From: Felis catus
Lineage: Eukaryota
Reading direction: 5' to 3'
DNA length: 64,000 nucleotides
Assembly (NCBI RefSeq): GCF_018350175.1
Contig: NC_058369.1
Coordinates: 18,726,001-18,790,000, forward strand
Positions 14,006 through 24,530 of this stretch are shown here, piece by piece (the first letter of the stretch is position 1; every line of letters begins with the position of its first letter). The notes below the pieces were generated by a model. The model was not told the DNA's origin. It saw nothing but the letters and a program-made list of their open reading frames with translations, and searched no databases. Position numbers and translations under genes: made by a program.

Positions 14006-14040
<35 letters not shown>

Positions 14041-14795
14041 TACAGCCCCCTCAGCAGGCCCCAGCGCAGGCTCGGCTGCAGCAACAGGGCCAGCAAGCTA
14101 CCCGGGGCCCAGCCTCTGCTGCCAGCCAGCCAGCAGGGAAGGCTCAGCCAGGCCCCCCAACAGTCACAGGCTCCCAGCCAGCAGGACCGGTAAGTAGGGC
14201 TCCAGTGCATGGATCCTACCCAGGGTGTATACTGCGGCCGCAGCTTGGACGTGCCCTTGGTTCCAGGCTGGGCAAGGGCAGAATCCACGGACAGTATCTG
14301 AGCTATGGGTTCTGTGTTGCAGCCACGGGCAGAGCAGGCAAATGGCTCTAAAGGGACAGCTAAAGCACCCCAACAGGGGAGGCCTCCTCAGGCCCAGCCA
14401 CCACCAGGACCTGGACCTGCAGGTGAGCCTGTATTTTGGTGCCCTCGGCCACGGCCCAGAATTCCTGGTCTGCCCTCTCCCTACACCCATGGGCGTCCTG
14501 AGCTCCCCTGCACTGCCACCCGCACTGCTCCCTGCGAAGGTGCCCAGGGGGCTGCAGACCTTTGCAGTAGGAAACAAGCTTGGGGTTAGAATGAGCCAGT
14601 TGGGGTCACCAGCACTGGGGACTTTGGGCCCAGGCAGCTCTGGTCAGGGAACCTGAGTACAGGGCCAGGACCACAGCTTCTTACTGTCTCTTTCCTTCCC
14701 CTTCTCTCCTCCCATCTGTCTTTCCATCCTCCTCTTCTCCTTCCTTGCTTTCCTCAACTTCCCTTTTTCTGCCTGCTCCAACCCCTTTCCTTCAT

Positions 14796-14850
<55 letters not shown>

Positions 14851-15392
14851 ATTTCTCTCTCCTCCCCCTCACTCTCCAACCTCACAACTGCCTGTATTCA
14901 GATTCCCTCGGGGCTGCTCTCCCACTCAAGCCTGTCTCCTGATGGTGGTTTCTTTCCCCCTAGGCATGAAGGCCGGAGCCAGGCCTGGAGGGACCCCAGG
15001 GGCTCCTGCCGGCCAGCCAGGCGCCGATGGTGAGAGTGTGCTCTCCAAAATCCTCCCTGGTGGGGCAGCAGAGCAGGCTGGCAAGCTGACAGAAGGTAGG
15101 CACTGCCTGCAGCCAGGTCCATGGTGGGCGGCAGCTCCAGGGCCCTACTCTGGCAGAGGTTACGTCTGGGAAATGATTCCAGGCTCGGTCAGCCAGACAT
15201 AGGCCAGCCTGAACATCCACCTGCTGCTGCCCAGTGGCTCTCTGGGTGGTCCTTGCCCCTTGGGGTGGGCTTGGCTTCACTGTGCCAAATGGTCCCAGCT
15301 AGGAAGGAGTCTAGTCCAATTTCCTGATGCCTCTCTTTTTCTTTGTCACAGCTGTCTCTGCTTTTGGCAAAAAGTTCTCCTCATTCTGGTGA
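1248..15392 (+). CDS. BSN: Bassoon presynaptic cytomatrix protein, 5'-partial (exons 4-10); join(1248..1694,2096..8743,11028..13104,13393..14189,14323..14422,14964..15095,15352..15392)
   Basis: Exon 4 opens KTEWLCLNCQTKRLLEGSLGEP (end of the second zinc finger). Exon 5 lies in the 2243-aa ORF (SRSPQSLSDTGYSSDGISSSQSEITG, coiled coils). Exon 6 opens VSALPPNGLVRKVKRTLPSPPPEE. The C-terminus is AVSAFGKKFSSFW*. All junctions are GT-AG and phase-compatible, totalling 10,242 nt (3,413 aa + stop). Confidence 0.97.
14007..14039 (+). repeat. Pure (CAG)11 coding repeat (polyglutamine) in BSN exon 7
   Basis: 11 uninterrupted CAG codons translating QPQT-Q11-LQPPQQ. Confidence 0.95.
14799..14848. repeat. 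(CT)25 microsatellite in BSN intron 8
   Basis: Direct read of a CT dinucleotide run inside a long pyrimidine-rich tract. Confidence 0.95.
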
Positions 15393-15759
15393 CCATGCCC
15401 TGCAGGGTAAGTATGGGCTGCCTGTACCCAGCCTCCCTTTGCATGGGGGGTCCTGAGGAGTCCTCTAGGAGGAGTCTGGTCTTTAGCAGTGGTGATGTGG
15501 CCAGAGCTGCAGTATTCTCTCCTGTGAGTGTGGGAGGAGGAAGAGGAAAAGGAGGAACCCAATGCATAGAGGCCTTAATGTGGGGCCAACTCCACAGGGG
15601 TCCTGGGAAAGGGAAGCTAGGGCCAACACTCCCTTGTCCTTCTCCACCACCCCTACCACCCCTCCCGGGGCTCTCACAACTTTGAACTGGCTTTAGTTTG
15701 TAGGTAGGGCCCCCTGGGATACAGCTCCTCCTCAACCTTTCTCTGTAAATGCTCCACAG

Positions 15760-15852
15760 GCTCTTGAAGAGACGAAAGGAGATGATATCATTGCTGTGGA
15801 AAAATCTCTGGAGTCAGAGGCCTGGGCACAGCTCTGGACTCTGCGTATAACA
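15760..15852 (+). other. BSN: Probable non-coding BSN 3' UTR exon (exon 11)
   Basis: Exon 10 ends 14 nt after the stop at a strong donor (AGG|GTAAGT, 15406/15407). An acceptor CCTTTCTCTGTAAATGCTCCACAG ends at 15759 and a donor CA|GTGAGT starts at 15853. Confidence 0.65.
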
Positions 15853-16807
15853 GTGAGTGTCAGGTCCAGGGTAGGGCGGGGCAGAGGAAGGGGTGAAGGT
15901 CCAAGGCCTGGCTGAGCAGACCCATGTAGCTCCTACAAATGTGAGCTGGGAGGAGGCTGGTGGACTTCCTTCAGCTGTGATGGGCCTCGCAGCTACCCGA
16001 GGGCCAGAGACCACCAAGCTGGCTGAGATGACTCAGGCAGTAACCTCAGGGAAGGACCCAGCAAATCCAACCGTCTCCCACAACTTCGGGTCTGTGCTCT
16101 GGGCGCTGATTCCAAAGCCCTTTCCCTGAGGCCTCGTGCTGGTGACTTTGCTCCAGACAGTCTGGTGAGGCCTGAGTCCCCAATGCTGCAGACCGTAGTA
16201 GCCATGAGCATGAACTTAAAACACTGTTGGCTTTCACAGGCTGAGCTCATGACCTGCAAGATGGAAGAGCAAAATGAGAAGTGAGGCAGACAGGAAGAGG
16301 ACAGAGAGGAGAGGGAGGTCACTGGACAGGCAGTCTCAGCCCCTAGCCAGGTCAGCCCAGGGAGAGAGTGGAAGGGCCTCTGCGCAGGGGCCGTGGCTCT
16401 GCCTGGGCTGCAGTGGCCAACACGGGATGAGAAGCCTTCTCCTGGAACCCTCTCTGGTCCCAGCCCAGCCTCTGTGGCAGAGGAGGAGGTAGCGCATCAT
16501 CCAGGATGGCAGGGAGGGTAGCCTGGCTAGTGGCGCTGCTCTGTGCACGGCCAAGGGCCACCTTCTACCATTCCATAACCCTGGGGCCTTCTCCCTCCCC
16601 TTCCTTCGCCACCTCTCAGGTTGAGTTTAGAGGTTTGTGTGCTTCTCGTGGTGAGCAGGCAGGTGTGTGGCAGGGCCAGAGAGTCAGCGAACAAATCACA
16701 AGGGAGCCCAGGCCAGGGCTGCTTGTAGGAAGGAGCTGGGTGTAGTGGCAGAAGGGCTGCCTGTCTCTGGAGGAACGGTGGGGGCCCTAGAAACGTCCGG
16801 TCTCTCA

Positions 16808-16950
16808 TCCACTTAGCCGTTTATTCCACAAATGTTTGTCAAGTCCTAGGCAGGTGCCAGGCCCTGTTCCAGGTGCGAGGGATACAGCAGGAGATAAAAC
16901 CAGGTCCCTGCCCTCCGAAGTGGACAGTCCATTTAAGGGGGACAGAGAAA
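16808..16950 (-). mobile_element. LINE-2 3'-end remnant
   Basis: ATTCCACAAATGTTTGTCAAGTCCTAGGCAGGTGCCAGGCCCTGTTCCAGGTGCGAGGGATACAGCAG resembles the antisense L2 3' end. Confidence 0.6.
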
Positions 16951-19338
16951 AAATAAGTTAAAAAAAAAAACACTAAAGGTTAAAAGGTAATTTCTGAAGG
17001 TGGTAAGTGTTATGAAGCCAGTGAAGCAGGGTTGTGGGGCAGGGGGTCTGCTCTAAAGAAAGTAGTCAGTGTGAGGTAAGGCTTGAGGCGGGACGATGTT
17101 GGGATGGGACAGGTGGGCCTTCAGGCCAGACAAACGGCCGGCAGAGCCAGAGCCACAGCAAGGGGAGAGACGGTCAGGGTGAAGTCTGAGGGGGTGAGAG
17201 CCAGCTCGGGTGGGCTTTGTAGGCCAAAGTAAAGAGCCTGGAATTTGTTTTAATTACAGTAGCCACAGTGCAGCACCCCAGCGTTCTTCCTGCCTTCACC
17301 CCACTACAGCGGGCTCCCTCCTGCTTTCCCGCCCAGCCGGATGTTTCCTTGGAGTTGCCCGGGAACAGATGTGAAATCAGAAATTGTGCTGAAGGGAAGG
17401 AAGGGCAGCCCATGGGCTGGGTTCACGGCAGAACCTACCTTGGGTTTAGGGCTAGGGCTGTGTCACTGAGGAGCGAAAGGAACCACGGGCGTGGTTCTAT
17501 TCTGCGTCCTGCCACACAGCCTGGGTGGGCCAGTGACACCACTAACTTTGTAGTTAAAGGAATCTCCCTCAGGTTCTGATATCTGGCTAATGATTGGGCC
17601 ACATGGCCAGCACTTCTCTGAGTGCCCATCTCCTGGTGTCTTCTATAGCCATTTCAGAAGCGGGCTGGGAGAGGTGGGCCATTTTAAACAAAATCCCATC
17701 TCCCTCACGCTCAAGCAACTTATGTTATAGTCAAGAAATGTCCCTTCCTGGCCACCTGGATACGCCTTGCTTCCTGTCCTTGTCTTCGTGACCCCAAAAT
17801 TGCCCAAGCACCCATCTCCCCAGGACTCAATGGGTAGGGACCCCCTGGGTGAGGAAAAGTTGGTCCATCAGCACATGGGCAGATCACCAAGAGGAGGGCA
17901 GGGATGGAAAGCAGCTGTCCACAGCTCTTGACAAAATCCTTCTTTCTTTCCTTCTTTCCCCCTTCCTCTTTTTCTCCTCTAAGCATCTGCAATCTGGCAA
18001 ACCCTTGGCCCAAAGACTCACACGAGGTGGGACGTGGCAGGCAGGCCTCCGTTGAGAACGGGATGTTTTCTAACAGCAGCTGTCTGGGTGAAGCATCTGC
18101 TGGACACGTTGAGACCACTGGCCCCGGGGGACCCGTGATTGTCTTTCCAGAGACACTGCTCTCCTCAGGGCGCCACCTTCAAGGAATAGCCTTCGCTGGG
18201 AGGGAGGAGCCCTCTCCGGACACCCTGCCACCTCGGCAGTCCTGCTGCTCTTCCCACAGCCGCCTTTCTGCGGCCCGGCCAGCCAGGCTTCCTATGCGTT
18301 ATACACAGAGTTTGGGCACAGGCTGCCTCTTTTTGACGGACACTGCCCTCCCTCCACGATGCCAGAAGTTTTTCCACAGCCTTGGAGAGGGGCTTTGACT
18401 GAGGGCTGGGGGCCCCGGGCTCCGTTTCCTTCACATTCCAGCTGGCCCGGATCCCTCTGTGGCCACAGGGCCCTGCTCCCCTCACCCTGCCCTCTGGGTG
18501 ACATCGGAGCAGACTTCCATGTGGCCAGCATGGGGTTGGGAGAACTTTACAAATATTAGGACCTAACACTGTCTCATCGCTGAAATAAGAGGCCATAGCA
18601 CCGAAAAGCAGCGTGGGCACTGGCTGAGGCTTCTCCCAGCCCATGGGTGGCAGCATGCTAGCACGCCTGCCACCATCTCAAAGCCATCCGCCCCCCCCCC
18701 GCCCCCTCCCCCCAAACTCCCCAGCCATTGTGAGCATCCCAGCGACACCGCCATCATCTTGAGCAGCCAGCTCCTTGTTCATACACCTGGGGATTTCTTT
18801 TGATTTCAAGAACAGCCTTAATCATTTCAGTTTGATTTACGTGTATACCTCATAAGCAGTTTTCTTTTGTTTCTCTTTCTCTCCCTTCTTTTTCTTTGCT
18901 CGCCTCCTTGCCTCTCCCCTCCACCACCACCTGTGACCGATGGTTTGGTTTCCTCTCTGCTCTGCCCCTGATCAGCACAGGGAGAATGTTGACTCAGAAG
19001 CAATAGGGGGCAGCAGGCCACCAAGAGCACAACCCCAGGGCGAGGTCTAGGAAGGCCCCTCAGCCCGCCTCTGTTTACTGTGCAATCCAGTCCTTCTTAA
19101 GCCATCACCAGTGGGCATGCTCAGAGCAGAGGGGCCAGGGCTTCTGCCATGCGAGGGCAGGGCCCACAGCCCTGTGCTGGGGAGTATGGCACCGTCCACC
19201 CACCTGGCGTACTGGGCGGCATTCCTCCCCAAGGCCCTTACCTTGGGGGCCTCCCTTCCTCTTGGGCACCCCCACCAGTCTCATCTCTAACGTTCTATGC
19301 AATGAAATATAAACCCTCAAAGACAACTGTTAATATTT

Positions 19339-19344
19339 AATAAA
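19339..19344 (+). terminator. Candidate proximal BSN polyadenylation signal AATAAA
   Basis: AATAAA in an AT-rich patch of the 3' UTR followed by TGTTATGTAT. Confidence 0.35.
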
Positions 19345-21978
19345 TTCCATGTTATGTATAAGGAGTTAATTGCAAACATGCAATTGAGAAACTGGATAGA
19401 TAAGCTCATATCAAACACCGCCCCCCCCCCCCCCCGCCCCCTGCTCCCACTGTGTGTGTGAAATTCTCAGTCTGTGGCATGTTTGACCTGTGGCAGGACT
19501 CGCTGCTGCCAGGTGAGTCACCGCCTGTCCTGCAGTGGAGCATGCACAGCTCGCAGCCTTTTTGCACGATTTCATCCATTTTAACTGCTCCACCCTCTTG
19601 CTTGGGAGTTCTTTTTGCCTCAGAACCTCTCCTTCAGGAGTGCTTCTAGCTGACTTCTGCACGAGCTAGTGAGGACCTGCTGGAATTGTTGCCTGAGCGT
19701 GCAGGCTGCGGGGCGGGCAGAGCAGGGCCTCGCACACCTTGCAGGTTTCTCGGACCAGGATAGCAGGTGAAAAGAAGCCTTTGGAGTAGACATGCTGCTG
19801 GAGCCCACACAGGAGTGTGTGGGTGAACATTCTGAAGGTTTGCTGTATGATTTCCATCTGTAAGTCACTCCCCCTCTTATCCCATCCCTGAGCCAGAGGC
19901 GTCTGGCCACCCCTTTCAGTGGGACATGGCTCAGGCACAGAGCTGGGCTGTGTCTTTGGCCAGAGACACAGAGGCAGGGTCTGGCTATGCCCTAGGGACC
20001 CCAGATCCTGACTGTACCTGCTCCGTGCCTCTTCTTTGTAGCTCGGTGGGGGCTCCAAGGTCTGTGAGCCAAGAGATCTAGGCTGGGACAAGGGGATCAG
20101 CAAGTGCTCAGTAAGAGCTAGGTCTCTGGCACTTGTGGCAAGGACAGCTAACAATGTCATCTTGGACCAGAGCAGGTGTTCACATAGACAGTGGCTTCAC
20201 GCTGAGTTTCTTGGAAAGCTTTTCAATAGCAAAATTCACAGAAGGTTCTTTTGTGACCCTCTTTCCATCTGTCTCCAGGACCTAAACTCCCTGCCCCCCC
20301 TCATCTCTGAAGCCCAAGTATCGCACTGCTTGTCAGCTTCTCTGTGACTGAGCCGGGAGTGCAGCAGGCAGTGGCTGTCCAACCCCTCGAGGCCTGGCCT
20401 TCCTCCAGTTTGCTCTGGTTTGCACCATGCATTTCTCAGGGGTCCACATTTCTCATACTTTCCTATAAGGTCTACACAGCCCTTCAGAGGGGGATCCTGG
20501 CCTACCTCTGGCAGCTGTGGATGGGGCAGGAGGCTGTTGCCCTCTGTTTTGGGCCTGTGACCCTGGTCCTCCTGGATTTGGGCTTCGCCCATCCCCCAGG
20601 ACACCTGCCTCATCCCAGCGATCAGGCCTGGGCTGTAAGAGCCCCATCTGAGCAAGGGCTAAGGGAGGCCACTATTCATCACCTTTGACTACCCAGGGCC
20701 AAGTCCGTGTGGGGATGTGCCTGTGGCTGGACATATGGGGGACCAAGGCAGTAATCCTTCCCACTAAAGGCCAGGGGGTGGGACCAGGAACAGGGAGCAA
20801 GCAGGGAGAGGACAGCAGGTCAGCCTCCATCGGGCCCAGTCTTAGGCTCTACAATGTTGACTTCTCAGCAAATTTCCTTTGTGACCAAGCCTTCTGAGTT
20901 TGAAATTTCTGACATCTGCCACTCCCCACTGTACCCCCAGGACACATCTGTATCCATCACCCCTTGTGAAGGTGGCTGGAGCAGGCCCCTCTGGGCCACA
21001 AGTGTCCCAGCCCTTGTGTAGATGCAGCTGTGACTCTGGAGGCACTGCAGCCAGAGACGGAGGGACCAGCATTTGGTACCTTGGCAGTGGGGGAGCATCG
21101 AGCCCATCTCCAAATGGGCAGAGTTTCTGGGATGTGGTCTAGGCCTTCTCCATACCTGCTTCCCCAGTGTCATGAGCAAGGGCATTGTCTCTGCCCACTC
21201 CAGGGCCTAATGCACTCACTTCACAGTGACAGTCCCCTCCCACCCACCCACTTAGTCCTTGGGAAGAGAATGTGGTCTCAGGGCCCATGATGAGAGGGCA
21301 GCAGTGGCAGTAACTATGGCCTGTCTTGTGGAACCTGTGTGGAGTTTTCTAGGCAGATCCTTTGCCATGGCAGCATGGCCCTTCCCCTGCCCTCATGCCA
21401 CCCTCCCCCCATCTGTAAATACTTGTCATCGTGGACTCCGACAGGGTCAGAGGGACAGGCCTGACCAACTGAAACTCCTCAGAGATATCATCTCTGTCTC
21501 CCTGGGTACCAGCAGCCCTGCTGCCACGTGCACTGGGGTGGCGCTGGAGAGCCATGGAAATCGTGAGATAACTGTGTGTGTATGCATGTGAACAAGCGTG
21601 TGAATGTGTATGTGTGTGCGTGTCTGCCCCACTCAGCCTCTGGGATCAAATCAGCTCCTGCTCTCCAAGCGCAGTGCCCTGGAGAGTGGTGGCTGCCCAA
21701 AGCCTTTTCTCTGCTAGCTTCCATGTCTTGTTTTTGCTTTCCCCTCACTCCTTCCCTCCCTCCCTTCTTGCCTCTCTCCCTTTCTTTCCTTCTCTCCTTG
21801 GAGGGGGGGAAGAGTGCTGTACAAAGTGAAACAAACAAGTTTACAGTTGTAAGTGCAATGACCCGAGTCCTCCACATGACCTTGTGAATTGTGTGCCGTC
21901 CTCCTGTGCTCTGTGAGAACTCGTGGTACTTCAGTGTCCCTCCCCCTGTATTGTGACAAGGTAATTCTGTGGTATCAG

Positions 21979-21984
21979 AATAAA
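21979..21984 (+). terminator. BSN distal polyadenylation signal AATAAA
   Basis: AATAAA with TGTA upstream and GT-rich sequence downstream (CTGTCTCTGGGATGGTTTCT). Confidence 0.7.
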
Positions 21985-23379
21985 AGGACTTGATATAAAC
22001 AACCTACAGACTGTCTCTGGGATGGTTTCTGAAATGGCAAGGCTTAGCCAGAGGAACAAAGCCTCAAACTTGTGACAGTCCTGTTTACAGTTAAAGGGAG
22101 AAGAGTAAAAGGGGTATGTTGTAGAAGTGTTGGCAAGGCCACAGCTAAGTCTACACCAAGCTGGCCAAAAACAACGGGTCCTCCACAAACATGCTCAGGG
22201 CAGGTCCCAGGTTTGGACCTGGAGGGAGCAGTTAGTTCACTGTGCAGGTGTTGAGGGATGGTGCCTCCAAGGCGGGTGTGTCCAGGCTGTGCCTCTTTCT
22301 GGCCCCGGTTCCTCGTTAGCCAGGTGAGCAGGTGCTGCCCCCTGGTGCTGCCAACAAGCACCACACCTATCTACCTTGCTATGTCTACTCCCAACCCCTC
22401 AACTCTTGCAGGCTGCCAGAACTTAGTTCTTTCCCAACAGCATGGGTGAACCTCCTTACTAGAGTAACCCAGAGCTGCTAGAAAATTCTTAAGATACAGA
22501 TAAAGGAAAAGAGTATCAGCCTCACCTCTGACCTTCCTCCAGAGTTAGTATGTTAACATATGTCCTTACTTCCTGTTTTTCTTTTTCATTTTAAACAGAA
22601 GCCAGAAGGTGCAGTACCTTCTGTTTTCTACCCTCCTGTTTATTTCTACATGTTCATCCCAGGTACTTAGACGTTTATTCTCCAATGCCCAGCCTCCAGA
22701 GAGTTGCATGATGAATTTATAGCCAGTCTACAGTACACACCCTGAAGGCTGGGCACCACAGTCCCGATTTTCCTTAAAATAATAAATAACACTGTGATGA
22801 GCGTCTTAGTTTTCAACCTTTCCACTCAGCTTGGTGGTTGCGGTCACTCTTTCCTCTCAGTTCTGGCCTTGACAGGCTTGTACAAACTCGGTGGTCACAA
22901 GTGCAAGTGGCCTCAGAAAGTAGGGACTGTTCTTACTTAACTAGTCCAATGTGGTTGATGGGGAAGGGGAAGCTGCAGTCCAGGCAAGTGGGGATCTCAG
23001 AGGCAAGGCAGAGTGCAGGAAGCCTGGTCCCTGAGGTGTGGAAGACCACCCAGGCTCAGGGCATATGGAGTAGGGGACATCCCTACTAGCCTGACTGCTG
23101 CCCAGTCTCTCCCGCCCTCCTCTGCCATCATAACCCACCCAGTCCTGTGCCACTGCACTGAGGGAGCCTACCTGCCCAGGTTCTCCTGTCCACGGGAAGT
23201 TTTCTGGTTCTGGGTGCGGCCTGACCCCCATCAGGCCCTCTGCACCCAAAAGTTTTGGATGAGGCCTGGGGAGGTAAGATCCACCCACCCTCTCATGATC
23301 CCCAGTAAGGTGCCACTGAGCAGGGCGGTTGAGGGCTGCAAGGACAGATAGCTCTTAGAGTAAGCCTGGTGGCCGATAA

Positions 23380-24530
23380 GCCCAGGCGACACCCGGAGAG
23401 CTCAGCATCCGCCCTTCTTTAACCCGCACCCCAGGGCTCTGCGCGCTCCGCCACAGGAGTGCACCTCGGTCCTTCTCTCCGCATCTACCTGGGAGCCCCT
23501 CCAGAACAGGGACTGGTACCTGCTGGTGAATGTTTGCTTCGTAATGGACCAGGAGGAACAGTCAGCCCCAGGGCCGCGGAAGATGCCTGCTGGGGCCAGC
23601 TTCAGCCCCTACCTCGCCTCTCCTGGACACGCCCTCTTTGCCTTTTCGTGGATCCGACCCTTATTTGGCTCTGCCCCGTCCCGCCCCGCCCTTATCTTTA
23701 AAGATCTGTTGATCCGCGTCCCCACCCCCCACCCCCCCCGCCCCAAGGCCCTGTCCTTCTTAGGGCCCACCCCCGTCCGACCTAACTTCTTTCACCTCAC
23801 TGGCTATTCCCGACTCAGACCTCACCTCCTCGCTCGAGCCACACGTAACTGCTCACAGGCCCCGCACTGCCTACAGATCGATCCTGTATTCCGTTTCCTA
23901 GAGCCAGCCCCTCTACTCAGAGACTTCATTTCCTCCTCTCCTAGTACCAGGTCTGGGATTTGGCCTCAGACCAGTTCGCCCTCCCGGAAATGCCTGTTCC
24001 TTTCCTCCAGATACCTGCCCCCACCCTCCCGGACTCCCGGGTCCAAAGCTTAGACGACTCACAGAACTCGCGTCCTCACCCTTGAGGTTCCGCCCCTCTG
24101 CTTAGGGTCCTCGCCCATTCGTCAGAACACCCGCCCCTCCCACTATGCTCGGTGGCTCAACAGGCGGGGCCGTTCCTGGCTCCGCCCCCCGGAGCCTCAC
24201 TTCCGGGCGCCAGCACGCGCCGCCCCGTCCCGCCCCAGCGGCCGAGCGGTATCATGGAGCGCCAGGTGAGGGCTCGGCCCGCGGTGCCCGTGGCCCCTGC
24301 AGCCCGAGCCGGGCCTGACCCTGGTGTGTCCCCTGCGCAGGTGCTGCTGAACGAGCCCGAGGAGGCGGCGGCGCTGTACCGGGGTCTTAGCCGCCAACCC
24401 GCGCTGAGCGCCGCCTGCCTGGGCCCGGATGTCACCACGCAGTACGGGGGCCGCTATCGGACGGTGCACACCGGTGTGTGTATGGAGGGGAATCGAGTGG
24501 CAGGCCCATTCCGGGGCCGTGCGCTCTCGT
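23380..24530 (+). promoter_or_regulatory. APEH CpG-island promoter with GC boxes and an ETS site
   Basis: High CpG density, several CCGCCC/GGGGCG boxes, CACTTCCGGG at ~24198-24207 about 50 nt before the ATG, and no TATA box. Confidence 0.75.

Larger units (their letters stand above)
17984..22005 (+). other. BSN: Probable terminal BSN 3' UTR exon (~4 kb); 5' boundary uncertain (17984 or 18077/18080)
   Basis: A ~40-nt polypyrimidine tract ends in TAAG at 17983, with an alternative TTTTCTAACAG/CAG at 18076/18079. The sequence is repeat-poor and ends at AATAAA 21979-21984. Confidence 0.55.

Noticed and set aside
13204..14193. 329-aa alternative-frame ORF with poly-Ser
   Set aside because: Frame-shifted reading of BSN exon 7 and its CAG repeat, starting at a non-ATG codon in the intron.
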